Part shown: one piece after another, positions 40,539-52,600 of the stretch
Numbering within the stretch: position 1 is the first letter of the stretch
How the letters are laid out: each line of letters opens with the position of its first letter
NCBI RefSeq assembly: GCF_006345805.1
Contig: NC_043001.1
Location: 25,978,001 to 26,042,000 of the forward strand
DNA from: Octopus sinensis
Lineage: Eukaryota
Reading direction: 5' to 3'
DNA: 64,000 bases
Notes under the pieces: generated by a model
Told to the model about the DNA's origin: nothing
Databases searched by the model: none
Seen by the model: only the letters and a program-made list of their open reading frames with translations
Made by a program: the position numbers and the translations under genes

Positions 40539-41328
40539 CTATGTTTTGATAAAGTGAAGAATGAGAAGCAGAAACAAAGAAGACATTGAATTTTACATTA
40601 TGCATAATTGTGATTGATTTCAGTTTTTGCATTATTTTTTCTAATTATCCAATTTGCCTCTTACAACACACTGAGTCAAAACTTATTTTTTGAGTTGCGT
40701 TTGTTTACTCACAGTATTTTACGTGATTCAATTGAAAAACAAAGAAAATAAAAGATTAGTTATTAGAAAACTGACTTATTGATCTTCAAAAGTGATATTA
40801 CTTTTGCAGTGAGTGCAAACATTAATCAAACATTTCCTAGGGCTATGAAGCATAAAAAAAGTTTGGGGACCATGGATATAGAACTTAAGATAGAGAGAAG
40901 TAAAATAAATTAAATTCTGCCAGAAATGATAAAAATTTTTTAAACTTTGGTGTAAATCCAGATATTTCAAATAGTTGAATCAACTGATCCAATATCTGAC
41001 TGGTACGATCTTTTTGACCTTTGAGGGATGAAAGGTAAAGAAAACCTTTGTGAGATTTGAACTGAATGCAATAGCATTTTTGTTTGACACTGTGTTTCTG
41101 CTACAAATAATAAGGACAAAATAACAGCATGATATATATGTAAGGGAAAAACAACAACAGTAACAACATTAATAAAACAATAAAGTGAGCAATGTAATAA
41201 AAGAGAAATCATTTCAAACATAAACCTCAAAAGAAATTATCTTTAAACACCTAGAAAACAAATGATAAAATAACAAGTCTACCGCACCCAACTCCACAGC
41301 CTCTGTTCTTAGCTGTCTTTTGAATTAC

Positions 41329-41416
41329 TTGCAATCAAGATTTAATCCAAATAATATCATGGTTGAAAGGACAATACTTAGCAGCAAGGGTATCAGTGAA
41401 GTGTAGGGGGTGACTG
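41329..41416 (-). CDS. Coding exon 1 of the assembled model (88 nt, phase 1-2): xVTPYTSLIPLLLSIVLSTMILFGLNLDC(K), signal peptide or TM segment
   Basis: Long polypyrimidine tract ending tttttcCAG (NAGNAG alternative 3 nt in); donor GCAA|GTAATT; open frame is compatible with the next exons. Confidence 0.55.
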
Positions 41417-42552
41417 CTGGAAAAACAAACAGAGTGCAGAGAGATAGATATAAGAGAGGAAGGGAGAAAAAGAGAGGGAAAAAAACGAATGAAAGAGTGA
41501 CGGAGAGGGAGATGGTGTGTGTTTGTATGGGTGGTATTTTTTGTTGAATGAGCACTGATGTGGAAGACCAGTAACTAGTCTGTGGAGTTGATTTAGCCAG
41601 TAAGCATCATGTTTACAGTAATGGAATTTCCCTAACCCTGACTATACTATCTCCCTCTTCCTCTTCCTTCTATACCATCCAACCAGCCATTTCCTTTTAT
41701 TTCTTTTTTTTTTATTTTTCCAGATGAAGAATTCTATTTTAATTTTGGTTTACTCCGGCTCATTCCCATAATATTTTTTTTAAAGTGGCACAGCAATCAA
41801 CCAGAGATCAATTTTAAATGGAAACAGCTAAATTAAATAAACAGCCACCAGAACAAACATTATATTAACATTTTAGATATCCTTCATACGTACTATAGGT
41901 AGAAATAAAACAAAATATCAAAAAAAAAAAGAAAAAGAAAAATAATTACAAATAAAGAAAACAAAATGTGTAATAATAATAAAGACAGCAATAACTTAGT
42001 CATGAGGTCAAATCTTGACCAGAGGTTACTTTCATTGGATTATCAAATATTACAACTTAATCATGAGTCATATCGCTTCCCCTTTCCCTCCCAACTCTTA
42101 CTCATACACACAAACAGACATTCAAATACTAAATAACTAATCTATTTCTAATCTGTTCTTACCGCTGTTTATTCAATTCATAAATGTTTATTGTGTAGTC
42201 AATCTACTCAGAGACATATGAAATAAAGCATGAGGTGTTCACATTCATTTTTATATAATAATATATACAAAATACATGGAGGTAATGCAGGCAGTCGTGG
42301 GTCAATGAAAAAATTAATAATAGTAATAAACTGGAAGTAATTAAATCAATAATGAACTCCCCATCCTCTGCTACCCCACTTCCTACAAAAATTGGTCTTG
42401 AGTTTGGTCAGAAGAAATCAATGCCTTTAAAAATCAAAGTCAAATGAGTCAAATCAAATGGAAGTAAAATATAAAAAGCAGCAAATAACTTGAAAAGGAT
42501 GACTCAAACAAGGCTTTTTTGTGAAACCATTATTATTATTATTATTTAGATC

Positions 42553-43336
42553 AGAAATGTTAGCACGCTGAGTGAAATGCTTAGCGGTATTTCGTCTGCT
42601 GCTATGTTCTGAGTTCGAATTCCGCCGAGGTCGACTTAGCCTTTCATCCTTTCGGGGGTCGAGTAAATAAGTACAAGTTACGCACTGGGGTCGATATAAT
42701 CGACTTAATCCGTTTGTCTGTCCTTGTTTGTCCCCTTGTGAGTAGTAAAGAAATAGGTATTTCGTCTGTCTTTATGTTTGTGTGTATGTTTGTGTTGTTG
42801 TTTGTGTGTGTATATGTGTGTGTGTGTGTGTGCGTGCGTGAGAGGGAGTGTGTGCAGGCATGGTTGTATGGTTAAGAAGCCCACTTTACAACCATGTGGT
42901 TTTGGATTCAGCCTCATTGTGCAAATGAATTTGGTTGATAGAAATGTTAGCACACGGGAACGTTAGCACCCCAGGCGAAATGCTTAGCGGTATTTCATCT
43001 GCCGCTACGTTCTGAGTTCAAATTCCACTGAGGTCGACTTTGCCTTTCATCCTTTTGGGGTCGAATAAATAAGTACTAGTTACGCACTGGGGTCGATATA
43101 ATTGACTTAATCTGTTTGTCTGTCCTTGTTTGTCCCCTCTGTGTTTAGCCCTTTGTGGGTAGTAAAGAAATAGGTATTTCGCCTGTCTTTATGTTCTGAG
43201 TTCAAATTCCGCCATGGTCAACTTTGCCTTTCATCCTTTCGGGGTCGATAAATTAAGTACCAGTTGCGTACTGGGGTCGATCTAATCAACTGGCCCCCTC
43301 TCCCAAAATTCCAGGCCTTGTGCATAGAGTAGAAAG
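42553..43336 (+). mobile_element. Composite SINE family B cluster containing a captured family A head fragment
   Basis: Two family B units flank 42779-42953, which matches 15348-15508 in reverse complement. Confidence 0.8.
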
Positions 43337-45486
43337 GTTATTTAGATCATCATCATTAACAGCAGCAGTGTTATCATTTATCAGCTGTCTTCCATACTGG
43401 CATGGGTTAGATGGTTTGACAGAATCGAATAAGTTGGAAGACTTAAGTTCTACTCCAATGTCTGCTTTGGTATAGTTTCTAAAGCTGGATGCCCTTCCTA
43501 ATGCTATCTTGTTTACAGAGTGTACTGGGTACTTTTTTGTTTTTGTGGCACCGATAATAGTGAGGTTTCTTTGCGGCTTGCAAGACTAAGGGCCAAAAGT
43601 GGTTCCCATAACTGAAGAAGAGAACGGAGAAGCTGCGATGACTCTAGGTTGGGTGATGAGGAAGGATATGGTAAGATGAAAGGTACTGATTCATAGTTGT
43701 GGGAGCATGGTAACAGAGAGATTTGAATTGTTAGCATGCCAGACAAAATACTTGGCAGCATTTCATCCATTTTTACATTTTTAGCTCAAATGCTTCCCAA
43801 ATCACATTTGCCTTTCATCTTTTGGGGTCAATGAAATAAGTACCAGATAAGCACTGGGGTTGATGTAATGGATTAACCTTCTCCTCCTAAAATTTCAGGC
43901 CTTGTGCTTATAAAAGAATCCTCCTCCTTCTCATCATCATCGTTGTTTAACGTCCACTTTCCATGCTAGCATGGGTTGGATGATTTGACTGAGGTCTGGC
44001 GAACCAGATGGCTGCACCAGGCTCCAATCTGATCTGATCTGGCAGAGTTTCTACAGCTGGATACCCTTCCTAACGCCAACCACTCTGAGAATGTAGTGGG
44101 TGCTTTTACCTGCCACTGGCACAAGGGCCAGTCAGGTGGTACTGGCAATGGCCATGCTAAAATGGTGCTTTTTATATGCCAACTGCACAGGAGCCAGTCC
44201 AGTGGCACTGGCAATGACCTCGCTCGAATGTTTTTTCACATGCCACCAGCACAAGTTCCAGTAAGGCAATGCAAGTAACAATCATGCTTGAATGGTGGAA
44301 TAATAATAATAATAATAACTACCACTATGACCCGGCAATGCCAAGTCATAGTGCTGGTGCATGCATATACAGCTGCGTGCGTGTGCACATACATGCGAGT
44401 ACTGTCCAAATCTCCGACCAATCACATACAGCTAGCTGGCATTCATCAAGTTTTGGGCATTTTGATTAGGTTTGGGATAGAAAATTCACAAAAAAGTCAC
44501 TTCTATTGATTTTTTAATGGCTTTGCAAGGTGACTGGGGAAATGTAAAGATGTGCACGACCACCCTTGGACAGTTTTGAATGACCATAGAAAGTGCGAGC
44601 CCTCTAACTGAAAAATTGTGGATTTGTATAAAGGACATGCGCACACACACAAACAGCCATTTTGCCGTTTATATATAGAGAGAGATAATAATAATAATAA
44701 CCAAAATGTTGGCACTCTGAACAGTAGAAAATACTTGGTAAAATCATTTTGGCCATAAACAACAAGAAAATTGGTTGTAGTTCATAGGTACAAACAAGTA
44801 AATATTAGTATTTCTTTTTATTTGTACAAAGTATTATTAAACGATTTCGACAGATCATACAAAGAGCCCTACTTACTCCCCATCCATTCCTGGGTAATTT
44901 CCTCCTTGAAACTTCAACCCTAATTATCTTATTCTAAGTTGATTTGTCTTCCCCTCTGTCACTATTATCATCAATCATCAGTCCTACACACTGACTCAGT
45001 TTGTTTTATCTATTAATCTCCACAAGCTCAGACCACTGCAGTTTCTTTCTTTCTTACTTTTTTTTTTTAATAGTCGGCTATTCAATAATTCTTAATTCTT
45101 GTTAATACTGAATTCATTCCATTCTCTTTGTTCCGGCTGTATATTTGATGAAGCATATTCCATTTGTTTACCTTCTTTTTCAGAAGTTAATACTGTTCTG
45201 CATTGTTTCTTGTCTGCTGCCTTTTACATGTAGGGAGATACCTTTAAGTGAATTTTTTTTCTTTTTGTGACCATTTGTTATATGAGTTATTTCTTTCTTA
45301 AGCCACTATAATAACAGCAGTGATATTTGCTGTAATTGGTATTCTTTGGCAGTAAACAAAAGATTTTTTTTCATAATGACTTGAACAACTCGAAAAGTTA
45401 GAAATATAGTTGTATCTTTTAGAAACCTATAATGTACAATAATATTACTAACAGTCAAGTAGGAATACATCTATACTATGTACATA

Positions 45487-45719
45487 CTCTTTTACTTGTT
45501 TCAGTCATTTGACTATGGCCATGCTGGAGCACTGCCTTTCGTCAAGCAAATTGACGCCAGGACTCATTCCTTGTAAGCTTAGTACTTATTCTATCGGTCT
45601 CTTTTGCCGAACCGCTAAGTTACGAGGATGTAAACACACCAGCATCAGTTGTCAAGCGATGTTGGGGGGACAAACACAGACACACAAACATATACACTCA
45701 CATACATATATATATATAT

Positions 45720-45785
<66 letters not shown>

Positions 45786-45970
45786 CATACATACATACAT
45801 ATATACAATGGGCTTCTTTCAGTTTCCGTCTACCAAATCCACTCACAAGGCTTTGGTCGGCCCGAGGCTATAGTAGAAGACACTTGCCCAAAGTGCCATG
45901 CAGGGGACTGAACCCAGAACCATGTGGTTGGTAAACAAGCTACTTACCACACAGCCACTCCTGTGCCTAT
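45487..45970 (-). mobile_element. SINE family A, full length
   Basis: Colinear with the other copies; its head overlaps the left arm of the inverted duplication. Confidence 0.85.
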
Positions 45971-47044
45971 ACATGTGTATAATAAACAAGACTACATTTC
46001 TGTAAAATGTCATCAGTACTTTAGCTCTAATTATCTTCCACTAAATATAGAAAAGAAAATATTGTCTGTATCCAGCATACACAAATGAGGCTATTTAATT
46101 AAAAATAGCCATCGACTGTGTATACATTAAGTATGATACAGTATCATTCTTAAAGTATACACAATGTTGATAGGCCAGTTACTGCAGTATTTTTCCTGAG
46201 ATAACATTTCTCGTGGCCTTGTTTAGTTATAAATTCAATGATTATCAGAGAAGCCAAAATGCATCTGGCACTCTTGCTAGCCACTGATGGAATGAATTTC
46301 ATCTCTCTCTGATATTTTTTTTTTAACACAACCAGTCCCTAAGAGACTATTAGATACTGCAGTAACTGGCCTACTGACGGTGTGTATACATTAAATATAA
46401 TACATAGATGGCTCTTTTCTGTATACTTAAAAAGACAGAATGGCTCAGAACAGAACCTTCATGAACAACTATATATATATATATATATATGTCCTTTTAA
46501 TTATACAGAAAAGAGCCATCTAAGTATTATACTTAATGTATACACACAGTCAGTAGACTAATTACTGCAGTATTTAATAGTCTCTTAGGGACTGGTTGTG
46601 TTAAAAAAAAATATCAGAGAGAGATGAAATTCATTCCATCAGTGGCTAGCAAGAGTGCCAGATGCATTTTGGCTTCTCTGATAATCATTGAATTTATAAC
46701 TAAACAAGGCCACGAGAAATGTTATCTCAGGAAGAATACTGCAGTAACTGGCCTATCAACATTGTGTATACTTTAAGAATGATACTGTATCATACTTAAT
46801 GTATACACAGTAGATGGCTATTTTTAATTAAATAGCCTCATTTGTGTATGCTGGATACAGACAATATTTTCTTTTCTATATTTAGTGGAAGATAATTAGA
46901 GCTAAAGTACTGATGACATTTTACAGAAATGTAGTCTTGTTTATTATACACATGTATAGGCACAGGAGTGGCTGTGTGGTAAGTTGTTCATGAAGGTTCT
47001 GTTCTGAGCCATTCTGTCCTTTTAAGTATACAGAAAAGAGCCAT
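45942..47044. repeat. Large inverted duplication: arms 45942-46436 and 46491-46984, plus inverted copy of 46408-46470 at 46982-47044
   Basis: Base-by-base reverse-complement comparison; the duplicated insert is flanked by (AT)n on both sides. Confidence 0.95.
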
Positions 47045-50000
47045 ATATATATATATATATATATTTACATTAATTGTTAATTTATCCTATAGCTTTCATA
47101 AATGGTATATTCATCTATGAAACCCAGGACTTATCCTATTCTTCCTGTATCTATAATCCCATGTAGTTTACAGTTTCAGTGTATGACAATTCTGGCGTAT
47201 ATAATATAGAAATCATATATCCAATATTCTTAGTATCTCAAGTATAATATATCTGACAAATGTAATACACAAAGCTTTTACATATTTTATCTTCTTGTCA
47301 TTGAATGTTGCACATCTAATTCATGTACTGCATACATATTGTCGCATATAATTTTTTTTATGAATAGAGCAAAAATTATTTTGTTGCCAATGATATTTTA
47401 TTGACACAGGGTATTTACATATCAATACAAGCATTTTAGATTTTTAGTATAAAACAAACAGTTGCTTTCATGTTTAATATTAGTTTTACCAAGCTAGTTT
47501 GGGTAAAGAGATTCTATAAACACAGATGTTATTTTTTGCTGTTGTTTGGCTCCATATTAGTTTTTGCCAAGCAGACTTCTATGATCAAACATGTTCCAGC
47601 TCTAACCATCCAGTTTTATTATTTATTTTATGGCATATCTAAGACTACATTATCTAAGCTGTCCTTTCTTTAAGACAATAACGTGTGGTCTGAGAGAAAT
47701 TTTTTTGTCTGCTATTTCTAGTTTGTAGAGAAACTGGGTAGAGGTTCCTTCATTGGCAGTTATGCATAGTTTTCACTATCAGTGGTGGATTGAGGTTGGA
47801 AATTCATTGATTACGAGAGAAAAACACAATATGGCTAGAAGGGTTTATTTATGAACCAGCAAGCATAGCAGTAAATATTTACTTCTTATATAGTACGTGT
47901 ATGTGTACTAGCATATAAAGCACACGTGCATGCTAACATAAAAATATTAAGTGTTCAACAGTTGGAAGCAAACATTTAAGTTAATTATTTTCAAACCTAA
48001 TCTATAAATACTCTCTTAAACAATGAAAAATAGGTTTGAGTAATTTCTTATGTAAACAGGCAAACAGTGGAATCAATATATATACTGATAATGTCAATAT
48101 TTGTTCACTGTAATAAACTGAAGAAAGAAACAAAATTAAGTAAAAAAAATTTAACATATGAGTAAAGACAAAGCAGTAGCATGGCTAAGGAGATTGATAT
48201 ACAAATCTCCACATTATTTTTGGGTTCAGTCCCACTGTATGGCATATGAGCAAGTGTCTTCTACCATTGTAAAAGAATTTGGTAGATAGGGACTGTGCAG
48301 AATTCCCCTTATATGCTGCTGCTGCTGCTACTATTACTATTACTACTACTACTACTACTACTACTACTATGCTGTCATCATCATTTTAGCATCCACTTTT
48401 CCATGCTTGCATGTATCAAGCAGGAATTCATTAAGACAAATTTTCTACAGCTGGATGCTTTTCCTATCACCAATCCTCACCTGTTTCCAAGCAAGGTAAT
48501 ATTTTTATGGAAAAACGAGAAACACGGGACTCCACAAATATGATGGCAATGCTCGTTTATAACTATCCTTTGATGTCAAGATAAGGAATCACAATACACA
48601 GTCATACACACGTGCACACACACATACATATACAACAGGTTTCTTCTGGTTTCTCTCTATCAAATCTACTCCCCAAGTTTAGGTAATCTTGGGGCTATAG
48701 AAGACACTTGCCCAAGGTACCATGCAGTGGAGCCGAATTTGAAACCACATGGTTGGGAAATGAATTTCTTAAACTTGCAACCATGCCTGTGCCATGTTTA
48801 TATCAACATGAGATGAACAAAAATTAGTACCATCAAACAAAAATACCCTATGGTATTCATACCCAGCTGAGTGATCTCCTCTTGCTCTAGAGTTCACTTT
48901 ATATTTGAATCTTACAAGATCAATGAAATAAGTATTGGTCAAGTTGGGATCGATATTAACTGAAAACTCTTAAAAGCAGTGCCCCAGCATGACCACATTC
49001 CACTCACTTGAAAGCTGTAAGAGACTATATGAACAGAGAATCTAAAACTTACACTGATAAAATCATTTAGTTTCCAATTTTTAATAGAAGTATGGTAGAA
49101 GTTAAAATGGTTAAAAAAATCTATAGAGACTTATAGATCATCATAAATCTTTAAGCTCTTTCAAGAGAATGAGAAAATTTAAAGATTAATTATACGCAAA
49201 TGTTCATTTTATTATGACTAAATAATCTTAAATTTTTATCTTTAGACTACAGAAACCAAGGTCATCTCCAAGAGAAATTATAAAACGAAGTGTGACAAGA
49301 TTTATGGAAGTAAAATGTCTATGAGACACAAACTATAATAGAAGCAAGTTTAACCAATCTACTTTTAGGTAATACAATAATGAAATAAAAATGAAGCAAA
49401 ATGTTAAGTTGTAACAACAGAAATAGAATTATACACTTCTTTAATGCCAGGATAGTTTGGGATATAAAACAGGAATACTCTTCAAAGTATAGAAGAAGGA
49501 AAATTAATACAATTTATTGATGACACAAAGTTTTACTCTCTGGCAGAATATCAAATGTACTCTTGCAATCTCATTATCTATATCTCATTGAGTCTTTACA
49601 AAGAGACAAAACAGTTTGGTTTGAGGCCAACACTGTAGTAAATATGAATTTTGGATGAGTTACATATGGTTTTCAGTTTACATTTCAGTAAGAAAGAATG
49701 GGCCAATACCCATTTTGATGAAGCAATAATGAAATAAGTAAGAATAAAGTTTGTTAATTTCAACTGTATACACTTGTTGGTCTTTATGTATATATGAGTT
49801 CAGATCCTGCTGAGATCAGCTATGTCTCTCATCCTTTCAAAGGACAGTATCAATGGCATGCAAAGGAGAGGCTTGAATGCATAGACAATTGCTTGTTTTT
49901 AACACAGAAAAAAAAAGAAAAAGAAAAAAACTTTGCTCAGACTTGAACCATGAAGAAGAACTTTCCAGATGTAGATCCATAATCACAAAAAATCTATAAA

Positions 50001-52090
50001 AGTCAAGTGTGTGTGTGGGTTTACGACAAAAGTTGACACTATACTCATAACTTTGCCTCAGGCTGTAAACAGCCCAACCCAGGGTGAAACTCTGAGAAGA
50101 TTTTCAACTTTTGGTACAATAAAATATTTATCCACTCTACCCAATGTCATAAAGTTACATGGTACAATATAACAAGGTCTTACTTAGATTTATAAAAAGA
50201 AGCAGCTGTAACTGGGACCTGAATCATAGTCAAAGCCCCAATTTATAGAGCTCATGGTGTATAGTAAGCTAATGGGACATATTTCCTCAGAGGTGATACT
50301 TATGTGGCTGTCACAGACTGCCATATTTTCAGATTACAGTATAAATAACCACTCTAAGACTGATATGGAATTTCTTAGAAATAAAATCAGCTTCGCAAAA
50401 AATAAAAATAGTGGGAGAAAACAAATATTTCTGATGCAACCATAGTAATACATATATTTCTGAGATATTTCCAAATTGAAAAGTTCATATCTTATACTGG
50501 ATGCATTCATTCTATTAAGGAAAATAGTAATTTAACTAAAGACAAGATAATCAATATCAGATTAGGAGTTACAGAACTGATATACGATAGAAGCTGAAAG
50601 AATATTTAAAAGGAAAAAGATAAACGGAAGGATCAAATAAGGATAATTGAAGATGACTAAAGAAACAGACACAAGGAAAGAAGATACCTCACTGCAAAAC
50701 AACTGCTTAAAACTGGATGGATTTAAACTTCCTAGATAAAAAATAAAAACTAAAAAAAAAATTTTAGAAAAATAAAAATAAAATAAACGAATGAACAATT
50801 ATTCATGAGTTGATGGGAATATAAAATTTACATCCAACCACATGGAAGTCAACAAGCAATACTTAGAAGAAATACATTCTTGAGAAACCATTATCTCGAT
50901 TTTCTTATATTTCATTACATTGGTATCTGTCTTGTCTTAATATCTATGTTTATGGAAATTATAACTTTGCAGCAGCATTTACAGCTATAACCATAGCAGC
51001 TGAGACGCAATAACCATAAAACGAAATGGAGAATAGCTTGTGCTTTTCACAATATTTTTGAAACATCCTTTAGAAAGAGAAGATTTGGAAGACACACTAG
51101 AATACACTTGATATTGGAAAATCATGACAGATGATAGCAAAGTACTGATTATAAGGTCACAGGCTCAAAGTTTGCTACATGCATTGTCTTGGTTGTGTTG
51201 TATTAAAGGCACAGCATTTAAACCAACCATATCTGGTCCAAATATTCTACCTGTTTTATGTTCAAATTGGTCAGCTCCAGCTTCTCACACCTACCCTACA
51301 ATGTCATTCTAATAATAAACAAGAGCAACATCAAAATATTGAAACAACAAGATAATGCATGATTATTAATTGAAAACAATGTGAATAAATAAGTACTACA
51401 TTTCAGGGTAATCTGAATGCTAACGAGTTAAACTGCCTAACTACAAACTTTTTTACATCTGCCTTTCTTACATCTCATTGAATAATGAGCATTTAGAAAG
51501 CACATGTTTGTTTCATAGCAGAATGATTTAAATAAAAATAGTCATATTGAAGTTGCTTCTTCACAATATAATAGCATAGAAAAATGGATGTAAGAAAAGA
51601 AAAAAAGATTACGGTATGTACATCATCATTTATAGATTATCTCTTATCATTTTGTTAATTTTTACACAAGGAAATTTATACAAAAGTAGTGAACTCCATT
51701 TCAATTTCAGAATTCTTTCTCTCTGTATATAAACCTGTATGCACGTATGTATGTGAGTGTGCATGTTGTATGTATATATATATGTGCATGTGTGTGTGTA
51801 TATGTATATGTATCTATGTATACTATCTATATATACATATATGTGTGTGTGTATATATATACGACACACACACACACCACACACACAAACACACACCACA
51901 CCACACCACACCACACACAAGATCTATTTACTCTGAGGGATGTGGAGGAAGTTTGAAGATGTCAAGCCATAACATCTTCAACATTTTTGCTATTATTCTC
52001 ATAATGGCTTCTATCAATTTCAATCAGGAAATGTTAATGTTTATTACAAGAACGATGCAAATATATTTAGAGGAAGAGGCTCTAAGAATC

Positions 52091-52600
52091 ATGGCGCACA
52101 TCAACATAACCTCTTATTCAGTATCAAATCAATCTGGAAAATATGATAAAAGGCAAATACTTGACAAATTAAACGAAAAAAGAACTTTTTTTTTGTTTGT
52201 TAAAGAATATACTCAGCAGACAATGGGAAGGAAAACAATCTGCACATACTTAAAGGATGATATTTAAAAGTTGTAAGAAAGTATTGACTTCGACTCAACT
52301 GGAAGGTCATTCATTACCAGATATCATGAACAATTCCCCAATATTTGAATAGAATATTATTTCCTTCAGCAGAGCCTTCTGTTAACAAAAGATTTATTAA
52401 TTTTCATATTGTGTATGAATATATTAATCTCTTAGGAGTAGCAGAGAGATATAAAATATTGAACATGAAATAACATCTATTTTTTTTTTTGTATTAATAT
52501 TAAAATAAATCAATCGTGCATAACCCAAAGAATTAAATGTACTATTTATGTTAGAGAGAAAGAAATGGGGATTTTGTAAAATTTGTTTATAAGTAAATTC
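52091..52600 (+). pseudogene. Decayed L1/Tx1-like APE endonuclease domain
   Basis: MAHINITSYSVSNQSGKYDKRQILDKLNEKRTFFLFVKE resembles the APE N-terminus (SxNVxG..KR..I....FLQE). Later NKRFINFHIVYEYINLLGV and NGDFV (GDFN-like) occur in order, with stops and frameshifts. Confidence 0.5.

Noticed and set aside
41329-41345. Elevenin neuropeptide (LDCKKFV-like start)
   Set aside because: No exon encoding the FAPxCRGxxA continuation was found; the similarity is limited to five residues.
50669-50712. Possible minus-strand exon (SLNPSSFKQLFCSE)
   Set aside because: Ends in phase 0, incompatible with the phase-1 start of exon 41329-41416; could only be UTR.
51995-52025. LIMASINFN (plus strand) resembling LIMLSINFN of the 22.2/24.9-kb candidate exons
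   Set aside because: Short match in AT-rich codons, on the opposite strand and next to a LINE relic; flanks do not align. Treated as probable coincidence.
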